DNA of 64,000 nucleotides from Candidatus Sulfomarinibacteraceae bacterium (GTDB lineage Bacteria > Acidobacteriota > Thermoanaerobaculia > Thermoanaerobaculales > Sulfomarinibacteraceae): NCBI GenBank assembly GCA_963796455.1, contig CAWCLO010000004.1:320001-384000 (forward strand), in the 5' to 3' direction. Below are positions 19,121 to 28,381 of this stretch, piece after piece. The number at the start of each line of letters is the position of its first letter. Position 1 is the stretch's first letter. A program made the translations under genes and the position numbers. The notes under the pieces are model-generated. The model searched no databases. It was given only the letters and a program-made list of their open reading frames with translations, and was not told the origin of the DNA.

Positions 19121-19747
19121 ATGCGATTGCCCCGCGAATTGGATCCGGTGGAGATCCGGGTCCTCGGCTGCCTGCTCGAAAAGGAGCAGACGACCCCCGA
19201 CGCCTACCCGCTTTCGGTCAACGCCCTGATGGCCGCCTGCAATCAGAAAAGCAACCGTGATCCGGTCATGCAGCTTTCGGAGGCAGATGTCGAGGCGACG
19301 CTGGACCGGCTGCATGGTGAAGTCATGGTGTGGCCGGTGGAAGGTGCCAGGATCCGCAAGTGGCGCCACAGCCTCGATCGAAAGTGGGAACTCGACGGCC
19401 GTGTCAAAGCCGTCATCACGGTTCTTCTTCTCCGCGGCGCCCAGACCGCCGGCGAGATCCGGACACGAACGGCGCGCATGCATGATTTTGCTTCCACCTC
19501 TGAGGTCGAGGGCGCGTTGGCTGAACTGGCGGGCGGGGAAGAACCTTTGACGGTCCACCTCGAACGACGGCCGGGTCAGAGGGACGCCAGGTGGACCCAC
19601 CTCTTAAGTGGCGCTCCGACCGAGGCGACTGCGCCCTTCCTACCATCGGCTCCCGAAGATTCAGCCGCCCCTCTCTCGGAACGCCTCGCCGAACTCGAGG
19701 CACGGGTCACCCGTCTCGAGGAAGCCATGGCCCGACGAGAAGATTAA
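19121..19747 (+). CDS. YceH family protein (DUF480)
   Basis: 'RVLGCLLEKEQTTPDAYPLSVNALMAACNQKSNRDPV', 'LLLRGAQTAGEIR'. Confidence 0.92.
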   Translation: MRLPRELDPVEIRVLGCLLEKEQTTPDAYPLSVNALMAACNQKSNRDPVMQLSEADVEATLDRLHGEVMVWPVEGARIRKWRHSLDRKWELDGRVKAVITVLLLRGAQTAGEIRTRTARMHDFASTSEVEGALAELAGGEEPLTVHLERRPGQRDARWTHLLSGAPTEATAPFLPSAPEDSAAPLSERLAELEARVTRLEEAMARRED

Positions 19748-20268
19748 TCCGAAGGCGAGGGTGGCGGGAAAAACCCGAGCTGGCTCAGAAAAGCTACGTT
19801 GTCCCAGCTGACCCAGGTTTCGGCGACTTTCCCGTTCTCCAACCGCTGGATGATGATGTTGACGAGAGTGAATTCCTTGCCGGTGGCGGGCAAATCGCCC
19901 ATGGGTCCGGTCTGAACTCCCTTCATCGTCGACACATAGGCGACCATGTCGCCCTGCGCAATCATCTGGGTCAGGGTGTCTTCGTAAACCGGGACGGCGA
20001 TCAAGAAGTCCTCGATGAAGGCGAGAAATTCCGCGGTCCCTTCGAGCTCCTGGAACTCGGGCGGCATGGCCTGGCAATGACGGACGTAGTTCGGAGCCAG
20101 TGCCGTTTTGAAGGCCTCGATGTCGCCGCGGGCCAGGGCCGCGTGGGTACCCCGCACCGCCGCGATATTCGATTCTTCGATCGATTGTGTGGCAGGTTGT
20201 ACACCGCATCCGGCGAGTGCCGCCGACATCCAAAGAACGAAGCAGCCGCAGCAGATCAGACGATTCAT
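19744..20268 (-). CDS. SnoaL-like ester cyclase family lipoprotein
   Basis: LAGC lipobox; 'IAQGDMVA', 'PATGKEF', 'ENGKVAETW'. Confidence 0.8.
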   Translation of the reverse strand: MNRLICCGCFVLWMSAALAGCGVQPATQSIEESNIAAVRGTHAALARGDIEAFKTALAPNYVRHCQAMPPEFQELEGTAEFLAFIEDFLIAVPVYEDTLTQMIAQGDMVAYVSTMKGVQTGPMGDLPATGKEFTLVNIIIQRLENGKVAETWVSWDNVAFLSQLGFFPPPSPSD

Positions 20269-20429
20269 GAAACACCTCCGGGCCTTTTCGATTTCGTTCT
20301 TGTCGTTGATTGCTCCTTTGGATCATATCCTGCCCTTTCGGCCGTGTCGGAATCGAAAATGGTAGATTTTGTTGCATCTGGTGTTATGAATGCCCGGCGT
20401 TCAAAAAATCAACCAACGGAGATAATTTC

Positions 20430-21230
20430 ATGAAAACGTTTCGGACTGTGTCTGCCATCATTTTGACCATCGTCCTGGCTGCCGGAACGGTCGCGGCCCA
20501 GGAGGAGTCCAAGAAGAACACAGGTCGCCGCAAGGGAGCGAAGGGCGGGGCCATCGTGGGTCTGACCCTCGGTGCCCTGACCGGTGACGCCAAGATCGCC
20601 GTTGCCGGTGCCGCGGCAGGCGCCGTGGCAGGGGGGGTAAGCGGAGACTTTTATGATTACGATCAGAGTCGACAGGATGATCGCACCCAGATGCTTGCCG
20701 ATGGCATCGCCGGGTCGAAGGCGGGCAGCCCCCAACCTGGCGAAACCGTAGGAGAAACGGGCAAGCGCCATTTCCAGGAGCTTTCGGGCGAGTGGAAGGT
20801 CGACATGTGGTACATGGGCAATGAGGGCAAGGGCCAGACGGCGTCGGGCACGGCCCGAGGTCTCCAGGCGGGCGACAACGCCATTCGGATCGTCTACCAG
20901 GATATCGCGGTCGAAGGCTACGAAGAAAAAGTCGGTGGATACACGCTTCTGAGCTACGAACCGGGTCAGGGTTTTTCTATCGAGAACATTTTTTCGGTCT
21001 CGGACGATGTGGTCAAAGGAGTCGGCGAATACCTGGCGGATCGTAACCTCTACAACTTTTACATGGTCGACCCGACAGCCGGTGAGATGCTCGCCGGCGG
21101 TCTGATCCGTTCAAATGTGCGCACAGAGGTCCGGATCGTCGGGTCTACCATGTGGATTGCCGAGGCCTTTACCATGATCGACGGCGAAGAGACAAAGGTC
21201 CAGACATACCGGTTTACTCGACCGCAGTAG
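20430..21230 (+). CDS. Exported hypothetical protein with glycine-zipper segment
   Basis: Signal peptide, 'KGAKGGAIVGLTLGALTG...GAAAGAVAGG'. Confidence 0.7.
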   Translation: MKTFRTVSAIILTIVLAAGTVAAQEESKKNTGRRKGAKGGAIVGLTLGALTGDAKIAVAGAAAGAVAGGVSGDFYDYDQSRQDDRTQMLADGIAGSKAGSPQPGETVGETGKRHFQELSGEWKVDMWYMGNEGKGQTASGTARGLQAGDNAIRIVYQDIAVEGYEEKVGGYTLLSYEPGQGFSIENIFSVSDDVVKGVGEYLADRNLYNFYMVDPTAGEMLAGGLIRSNVRTEVRIVGSTMWIAEAFTMIDGEETKVQTYRFTRPQ

Positions 21231-21256
21231 CGCTTTCGGTTGATCGGCAGGCGGTT

Positions 21257-22375
21257 TCAGCCTCGCAATCTCGCGATTGCTTCCCGCTCCTTTTCCCGAG
21301 AAATCCATCCGCGCGGATTCGCACGGCGCTCGTCGGTTTGCGCGCGCCACCACTCAAGGGTGCCCTCAACCGACTCGGCGAGCGAGCGGTAGTCGAGCCC
21401 GGTGCGCATGGAGGCCTCGTTCGAGAAGACGACCGGGTCGCCACCCTCGTCTCCCCGGGCATTCCAGTCGAGCATTGGTGGAGAGATCTCGAGTTCGTCC
21501 AGCAGGGCCTGTTCGGGCCACCAGAATCGAACCGGGGCGTTGGTGGTGGCCCGGATGCCCCACATCAATCCGGCGCGGGAGACCTCGGACGATGGTCCGG
21601 CCGCGTTGTAGATGCCGACGGCGTCGCGCTCGACGAGATCGATCACCCAGGGGCAGAGATCGCGAGCATCTACCCACTGGATGACGTCGTCGGGTCGGTT
21701 CGACGTCAGCACGTCGCCGCCTCGATGGATTCGGTCGGCCCAATAGGTGAAACGATCGGTACGATCGCCGGGGCCGACGATATAGCTCGGGCGAACGATG
21801 GTCGCCTTGTCGCCGAGTTCGGACTGGATGATCCGGTCGCATTCCGCCTTGAGCGGACCGTAACTCTCTCCGGTGACCTCTTCGAGGGTCGGATCGTTCA
21901 AGGGTGCGAGCGGTCCGTCCTCGGGGAAATGCGGGCCTTTACTGAAGTCGTAGACCGCCACCGTCGAAATGTAGAGATATCGACCGACCCGTCCCTTGAG
22001 CAATTCCACTGAATCGCGGACGTGACGCGGCACGTAGCCTGAGTTGTCGATCACCGCGTCCCAGGTGCGGTCACCCATGAGTGGGTCGAGCCCATCATCG
22101 ATCTTCGAATCGCGGTTGCCGACAAGTTCTTCGACGGCGCTACCAAAGAGACCGGACTTCCGCCCACGATTGAAGACCGTCACCTTGTGTCCGCGTTCGA
22201 GGGCGTAACGCACCTGGTGCGGACCGATAAAACCGGTGCCACCGAGAAACAACAGATCGAGCGAAATCCCGGCCCTCGGGACTGCGGCGGTTGCGCTCCG
22301 GAGACCGGCGGCGCCGAGGCTGACGGCACCCGCGGTGCCGGCGGCAATCTTCAAAAAATCGCGACGAGTCGTCAT
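21257..22375 (-). CDS. NAD-dependent epimerase/dehydratase family protein with Tat signal
   Basis: TRRDFLK twin-arginine motif; LGGTGFIG; YGPLK. Confidence 0.88.
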   Translation of the reverse strand: MTTRRDFLKIAAGTAGAVSLGAAGLRSATAAVPRAGISLDLLFLGGTGFIGPHQVRYALERGHKVTVFNRGRKSGLFGSAVEELVGNRDSKIDDGLDPLMGDRTWDAVIDNSGYVPRHVRDSVELLKGRVGRYLYISTVAVYDFSKGPHFPEDGPLAPLNDPTLEEVTGESYGPLKAECDRIIQSELGDKATIVRPSYIVGPGDRTDRFTYWADRIHRGGDVLTSNRPDDVIQWVDARDLCPWVIDLVERDAVGIYNAAGPSSEVSRAGLMWGIRATTNAPVRFWWPEQALLDELEISPPMLDWNARGDEGGDPVVFSNEASMRTGLDYRSLAESVEGTLEWWRAQTDERRANPRGWISREKEREAIARLRG

Positions 22376-22584
22376 GAAATCCTCCAGCTTCAGATTGTCG
22401 AGAAGGGGAGATCTTAGCAAATTCACATGTTCGTTTGATGCGGACTGATTCTTTCGATCGGGCTCTCGATGTCAAGAAACCCGGTGCCGGATGTGATCTT
22501 TCGCACAGGTCGTGGCTGAATATCGAGAAACCGGGGTTACGCCTGATGGGATTGCTGCGTCCTTGCGCGTGGAGGGCGTGAAAA

Positions 22585-23259
22585 ATGAATTGCAGACCAA
22601 TTGCTATTGTTGTGGTGCTCTTTTCTTGTTGCATGATCGGCTCGGCTGGAGCGGGAGACGTAACCCTGACCGGCACCGCGGCCCACAACAGTTTGATGGG
22701 GGTCGAATTCTCGATCGACGGCAAAAACGACAAATCCTATATCGAGGACATACACCCCGAGGCCGAGGCCACCTACCGGGCGGGTTTCTGGTTCAACCCG
22801 AGCGGACTCGTTCTGGAAAATAAAACCGGGCACATCATCTTCGAGGGAGTCGGTCCCAAACCGGCCGGCGCAAAGGGCGACACCCGGGTCATCCATATTC
22901 AGTTGTGGCGCAACAACAGTGGTGTTCTCAAGGTCAAGGCCTATGCCCATCAAACTCCGGGTCTCGGATTGAAGAGGGTCGGCACGAAGATGATCAAGAT
23001 CGACGATCAAGGGTGGAACCACCTCACTTTGGAGTGGCGGGCGACATCGAGCAACAGCTCGCCCAACGGTTTGCTGCGCCTTTCCGTCGACGGCGGATCT
23101 CGGGCCGGTGGGACTTCCGAAATCTCAGGAGTCGCGCTGAATGAAGGGCTGGTGATCGAAAAGGCCCGGATCGGTGCCGTCCGAGGAGTCGATGCGACAA
23201 CAAGTGGGTCTTTTGCGATCGATACCTTTGAATCCTTCAGAAGCCTGACGAATCAGTGA
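22585..23259 (+). CDS. Hypothetical exported protein
   Basis: Signal peptide; beta-rich 224-aa ORF ending 'IDTFESFR'. Confidence 0.65.
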   Translation: MNCRPIAIVVVLFSCCMIGSAGAGDVTLTGTAAHNSLMGVEFSIDGKNDKSYIEDIHPEAEATYRAGFWFNPSGLVLENKTGHIIFEGVGPKPAGAKGDTRVIHIQLWRNNSGVLKVKAYAHQTPGLGLKRVGTKMIKIDDQGWNHLTLEWRATSSNSSPNGLLRLSVDGGSRAGGTSEISGVALNEGLVIEKARIGAVRGVDATTSGSFAIDTFESFRSLTNQ

Positions 23260-23366
23260 ATTCCTGTTCGGGCACCAACGCTTCATTTCCGGGCGCCTGA
23301 AATGCCGGAGATAGGCCTGGGTTAGAATGCCTCACGATGCTGTCGGCCGGCTGGAGGTATTCGACC

Positions 23367-25079
23367 ATGAACGATTTCGATCTGGGTCCCGGGTTTTGTC
23401 GGTTTCTTGTTGTCCTCGCGATTTCGGGTGGCCTCGCGGCCTGCTCGGCGCCGCAGCACTACGATGTGATCGTTCGCGGAGGCACGATCTACGACGGGAC
23501 CGGATCGAGCCCCTTTGTGGGCGATCTCGCCATCGACGGTGACGCGATCGTCGCCATCGGTTTACTCGAAAACGCCAAAGCAACGACGGAGATCGAAGCG
23601 GCGGGTCTCGCCGTGGCTCCGGGCTTCATCAATATGATGTGCTGGGCGAACGAGTCTTTGATCGAAGACGGCCGTTCTCAGAGCGACATTCGCCAGGGCG
23701 TGACTCTCGAGGTTCTCGGCGAGGGTGACTCGATGGGTCCGCTCAACGAGCGGATGCGGGCTGAGATGCTGCGCCGTCAGGGTGATATCACCTATGACGT
23801 CGAATGGACGAGCCTCGACGAATATCTCGTTTTCCTCGAACGACGGGGCGTTTCGCCCAACGTCGCATCCTTCATCGGTTCCGCCACGCCCCGCGACTAC
23901 GTGATCGGTTCCATCGATCGCCCTCCCACCCCCGAGGAACTCGACGAGATGAAGGCCCTGATCCGGACAGCGATGGAGGAGGGAGCGCTCGGAGTCGCCT
24001 CGGCCCTGATCTATCCACCGGGCAGCTTTGCCGAGACCGACGAGTTGATCGCGCTCGCCGAGGTCGCTGCCGAGTACGACGGAATGTATATATCGCATGT
24101 CCGGGACGAGGGCGCCCGCCTGATCGAAGCGATTGACGAACTCATCACCATCGCCCGCGAGGCTGGCGTTCGGGCGGAGATCTATCATCTCAAGGCATCG
24201 GGACATGCGAATTGGCCTCTCTTCGATCGGGCAGTCGAGATCGTCGAAGAGGCGCGCGCCGAGGGTCTGGCGATCACCGCGGATGTCTATACCTATCCTG
24301 CGGGTGCGACCGGACTCAACGCGAGCATGCCTCCGTGGGTACAGGAGGGTGGTTTCGATGCGTCGCTCGAACGGCTCTCGGACCCGGCCACGAGGCAACG
24401 CATCGCCCGAGAGATGCTCCAGCCATCCGATGAATGGGAGAACATGTACCTCGGCGTCGGCACGTCTGAGAATATTCTGCTTGTCGGTTTCAAGACCGAG
24501 GCGCTCAAACCCTTGACCGGCAAGACCCTGGCCGAGGTCGCGGCCATGCGCGGCACAAGCCCCGAAGAAACCGCCATGGATCTGATCGTCGAGGACGGGT
24601 CGCGGATCGGGACCATCTATTTCAGTCAATCGGAGGATGTCCTGAAACGGGCCATTGCCTTGCCGTGGGTCAGCTTCAACTCGGACGCGGCCTCGTTGTC
24701 GCCCGAAGGCGTGTTCCTCAAGAGCAACCCCCACCCGCGGGCCTACGGCAGCTTTGCGCGTCTGTTGGGCAAGTATGTGCGGGAGGAGAACCTGATTTCG
24801 CTCGAGGAGGCCGTGCGCAAACTCACCGGCCTCCCCGCTGCGAATCTCAAGCTTGACCGGCGTGGGCTTCTTGACGAGGGTTTTTACGCCGATGTGGTGG
24901 TCTTTGACCCGGCCACGATTCAGGACCACGCGACATTTGTCGAACCCCATCAATACGCGACCGGCGTGAAACATGTTCTGGTCAACGGTGTCCGGGTCCT
25001 TGCCGACGGCGAGCACACCGGAGCGAAGCCCGGACGCGTGGTGCGCGGTCCGGGATGGACCGGGCGGGCGAAGCACTGA
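23367..25079 (+). CDS. N-acyl-D-amino-acid deacylase (amidohydrolase) lipoprotein
   Basis: LAAC lipobox, 'GGTIYDGTG', 'VAPGFIN', 'HPRAYGSF', 'ADVVVFD'. Confidence 0.88.
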   Translation: MNDFDLGPGFCRFLVVLAISGGLAACSAPQHYDVIVRGGTIYDGTGSSPFVGDLAIDGDAIVAIGLLENAKATTEIEAAGLAVAPGFINMMCWANESLIEDGRSQSDIRQGVTLEVLGEGDSMGPLNERMRAEMLRRQGDITYDVEWTSLDEYLVFLERRGVSPNVASFIGSATPRDYVIGSIDRPPTPEELDEMKALIRTAMEEGALGVASALIYPPGSFAETDELIALAEVAAEYDGMYISHVRDEGARLIEAIDELITIAREAGVRAEIYHLKASGHANWPLFDRAVEIVEEARAEGLAITADVYTYPAGATGLNASMPPWVQEGGFDASLERLSDPATRQRIAREMLQPSDEWENMYLGVGTSENILLVGFKTEALKPLTGKTLAEVAAMRGTSPEETAMDLIVEDGSRIGTIYFSQSEDVLKRAIALPWVSFNSDAASLSPEGVFLKSNPHPRAYGSFARLLGKYVREENLISLEEAVRKLTGLPAANLKLDRRGLLDEGFYADVVVFDPATIQDHATFVEPHQYATGVKHVLVNGVRVLADGEHTGAKPGRVVRGPGWTGRAKH

Positions 25080-25100
25080 GACAGGACAAACGGAGAAAAA

Positions 25101-25805
25101 ATGGCCACACCACACATCAATGCCGAAGCGGGGGATTTTGCGTCGACGGTTCTGATGCCCGGCGATCCCTTGCGGGCGAAATACATCGCTGAGAAGTTCC
25201 TTGATGAAGCCCGCCTCGTGACGGATGTCCGAAACATGTTCGGTTTCACCGGCGAGTACAAGGGACAACCCGTATCGGTCATGGCCCATGGGATGGGGAT
25301 CCCGTCGGCGTCGATCTACTGCACTGAGTTGATTCAGGATTATGGTGTTCAACGTGTGGTCCGGGTCGGTAGTTGTGGGGCCGTACTCGATTCGGTTTCG
25401 GTTCGCGACCTCGTGATCGCGATGGCTGCTTCCACCGATTCGGGCGTCAACCGAACCCGCTTCGGCGGTCACGATCTTGCTCCGGTGGCAAGCTTCAGCC
25501 TGCTTCGCAGCGCCGTGGCCACGGCCGAAGAACGAGGTTTCAAATATCATGTGGGGAACATCTTTTCGGCCGACCTCTTCTACTCGCCCGATCCGGCGCA
25601 GTTCGAATTGATGCGGAAGTACCAGATCCTCGGTGTCGAAATGGAAACCGCAGGCATCTACACCATCGCCGCTGAACTCGGCGCGGAGGCGCTGGCGATC
25701 TGTACTGTTTCGGACCACATCATGACCGGCGAAAAGCTCTCGTCCTCGGAACGCCAAACCACCTTTGACGAGATGATCGAGGTGGCCTTGGAAGCGGTTA
25801 CCTGA
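25101..25805 (+). CDS. deoD: Purine-nucleoside phosphorylase
   Basis: 'MATPHINA', 'PGDPLRAK', 'HGMGIPS', 'GVEMETAG', 'TVSDHI'. Confidence 0.96.
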   Translation: MATPHINAEAGDFASTVLMPGDPLRAKYIAEKFLDEARLVTDVRNMFGFTGEYKGQPVSVMAHGMGIPSASIYCTELIQDYGVQRVVRVGSCGAVLDSVSVRDLVIAMAASTDSGVNRTRFGGHDLAPVASFSLLRSAVATAEERGFKYHVGNIFSADLFYSPDPAQFELMRKYQILGVEMETAGIYTIAAELGAEALAICTVSDHIMTGEKLSSSERQTTFDEMIEVALEAVT

Positions 25806-25820
25806 TTTCCCGTCCGTCTC

Positions 25821-26618
25821 AAACCGCAGACAAAGCAGAAAAAATTCGCTCCCGATCCCGAAATGCAGCGGCAGCGACAGTGTCCAGCGACAGGGACAGG
25901 GATCAGGGATCAGGGACAGCAATCAGTTTTCAGCGGCAGCGGTCAGGAGTCCATGCGGCGAAGTGGCCACCTCCGGGTCGTTCAAGAGAAAGGGGTAGCC
26001 GGTGGGTGGCCGATGTCAAGGACAGGCAGGGTGCAGGGCATCCTTGACATCGGCCACCACACCGGCTTGTGGGTATGGGCATGAACGACCCGGAGGTGAC
26101 CATGTCCTCAGCCGCCACGACCACCAACCTTGTTGCCCACTCGAAAGCCCTCGAAGCAGCAGGCATCGCGATCAAGCTCGTGATGAGGGTTCCCGCTCCG
26201 CTGAAGTCCATAGCCGATCAGGTGATCCGGTCGGCAAGTTCAGTCCCTGCGAACCTGGCAGAGGGGCACGGCCGATTCGGTAGAGACCGTTTGAACCACT
26301 GGAGAATCGCGTACGCCTCGGCCAAAGAGGTCGATAGCCACTTGAAGCTCCTCGCCCACACCAGCGCAATCAGCGCGAACGGAGCCCGTGAAGCGATGAA
26401 CGCCTTCGATCAGGTACGTGCGATGACCTGGCGGCTCTTGAACCCGAGAAAGTGAGTGCCGTTTGCTGTCGCTGATGACTGAACGCTGCCACTGAACACT
26501 GATCGCGGCTCCCTGTCGCTGAGGCTGATCGGTGTCGCCGTCCCTGATCGCTGTCTGAGGCTCTGTCTTGGACTCGAGTGACCCAGCATCCAGCAACCAG
26601 CATCCAGCAACTGGCATC
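25821..26618 (+). mobile_element. Gene-bearing four-helix-bundle cassette (E4)
   Basis: Same modular layout as E2 in the opposite orientation; nested hairpin at 25964-26102; heptamer repeats CCAGCA(T/A) at 26583-26618. Confidence 0.75.
26102..26455 (+). CDS. Four-helix bundle protein (23S rRNA IVS protein / Avd-like family)
   Basis: 'DQVIRSASSVPANLAEGHGR'; 15 differences in 117 aa versus 15471-15824 (hand count). Confidence 0.88.
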   Translation: MSSAATTTNLVAHSKALEAAGIAIKLVMRVPAPLKSIADQVIRSASSVPANLAEGHGRFGRDRLNHWRIAYASAKEVDSHLKLLAHTSAISANGAREAMNAFDQVRAMTWRLLNPRK

Positions 26619-28219
26619 ACCCGCCGCGGTCGCCCCAGACGCGTCCAGCGCTTCCTGGAGCTTGGCGATCATGGCCTGCCGTTCGGCAGGAGAGATGGAT
26701 TCTTCGAGACGGTCGGCAAGCTTGAGGATAAACACCGCATAGTCCGAGTGCCAGTCCCGTGCCAGGGCCTGGTCATCGATCCGCTCGGCCGCCCGGCCCT
26801 TGGATTCGGCGGTCCCGGCAACCAACTCGAAATGTTCATCAAAGGACGGGATGACGATTTTTTCTCTATCGAGTCCCCGCGTTATCAGGAGATCGCGCAG
26901 GGCTTTCCGGGCGTCGTCCTCGCCGTGGTTGAGAAAAAGTGCGCCTACGACCGGGGAACGTTCCATGATCCAGTCGGCCAACTCGCCCTGATCGGCGTGG
27001 GCCGAGTAGTTGCCGATACGGCGGATCGCGGCCCTGACTTTGAACTCCTTGCCGTGGATCCGAACGTCTTTTTGCCGCTCGTGATCACGTGCCCGAGGGT
27101 GCCGGGCGCCTGATAACCGACAAAAAGCACCGTCGATTCGGGTCGCCAGATATTGTTGATCAGGTGGTGTTTGATGCGGCCGGCATCACACATTCCGCTC
27201 GCCGAGATGATGATCGCGCCGCTCTTGATCCGGTTGATGGCCTTGCTCTCGTCGACCGTTTGCACGAGACGGAAATGGGGGTCCCGAAAGAGATCCTCGG
27301 CCGGAATCTCCACGTCCTCGAGCTCGCCGGCGTGGCGGATGAACACCTCGGTCGCCTTGCGCGCCAGCGGCGAATCGAGGAACACGGTGGCCGGCGGGAT
27401 CTCTCTTCTTGCAATGAGGGTGCCGATGTCGTGCAGCAGCTCCTGGCTGCGTTCGACGGCAAATGAGGGGATGACCACATTGCCGCCCCGCTCGAGACCG
27501 CGAGTCAGCTCGTCACGAAGGGTCGCCCGCCGCTCGATCAGGGTGTAATCGTCGCGATCGCGCCCACCATAGGTGCTCTCGCAGATGATGTAGTCGAATC
27601 CTTCGGGAGCATCGGGCTCGGGGTGGAAGACCTTCTCGTCCGGCCCGAGGTCGCCTGAAAACAATATGCGCAGCGGGTTGCCGGAGCTCGTCTTGTCGAG
27701 CTTGAGTTCTGCCGAGGCTGATCCGAGAATGTGGCCGGCATTCCAATAACGCACGTGAATGCCTTCGGCGGGCTCGAACCACTGCTCGTATTTGACCGGG
27801 CGAATCTGTTTGAGAGCCCGCGTTGCGTCTTCACCCGAGTAGATCGGGTGGATTATCGGCAGATTGCGGCGGCGTCTCTTGCGGTTGATCCGCTCGGCGT
27901 TGGACTCCTGAATCGAGGCGGAGTCAGGCAACATGAACTGGAGCAGATCGGCGGTCGCCTCGGTGGCGTAAATCGGTCCTTCGAATCCCGCCTTGACCAG
28001 CTTGGGCAGGAGCCCCGAGTGATCGATGTGCGCATGGGTCAGAATGACGAAGCCCAGCTCCTCGGCGTTGAAGGGAAAGGGCTGGATATTGAGTTCCTTG
28101 ACGGTCTTGTTGCCCTGATAGAGCCCGCAGTCGACCAGAAATCTCGAGCTGTCGTTCTCCACGAGTGCGCATGAGCCAGTGACCGTTCCGGCTGCGCCAC
28201 AGAAAGTCAGTTTCGCCAT
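26370..28219 (-). pseudogene. Metallo-beta-lactamase/beta-CASP RNA-processing nuclease, frameshifted
   Basis: 'GAAGTVTGS', 'THAHIDH', 'AGHILGS', 'ESTYG', 'SASGMC..GRIKHHL'; the C-terminal 'YSAHAD' and 'LNHGE' motifs lie in another frame after an A5 run (27069-27073). Confidence 0.8.
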
Positions 28220-28381
28220 TTTCACCGTCCGTTGTTTTTTCTCGGCCCCTCATCATAGCGCCGCCGGCCTGCGGGCACGTGTGGCAATTGAAGAGTCGGA
28301 GCTGGCGGGCGGTCGGGTGTAGACTGCACGGCGACTCGGAGCCCGGAACCCACCGGATCGCCGCTCCGACGGGAGGTATTG

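Noticed and set aside
23562..25922. 786-aa minus-strand ORF, and similar long shadow ORFs at 4330-5370, 28253-29548, 31609-32901 and 52483-53547
   Set aside because: Antisense to well-supported genes; expected from GC-rich codon bias, with no motifs of their own.
26044..26075. Sigma-70 promoter from TTGACA in the inner hairpin arms
   Set aside because: No acceptable -10 hexamer at 16-18 nt spacing on either strand.
15247..26618. Diversity-generating retroelement or retron, suggested by the Avd-like genes and hairpins
   Set aside because: No reverse transcriptase ORF is present, and there is no template/variable repeat pair with adenine-specific mismatches; the paralog differences are ordinary substitutions.
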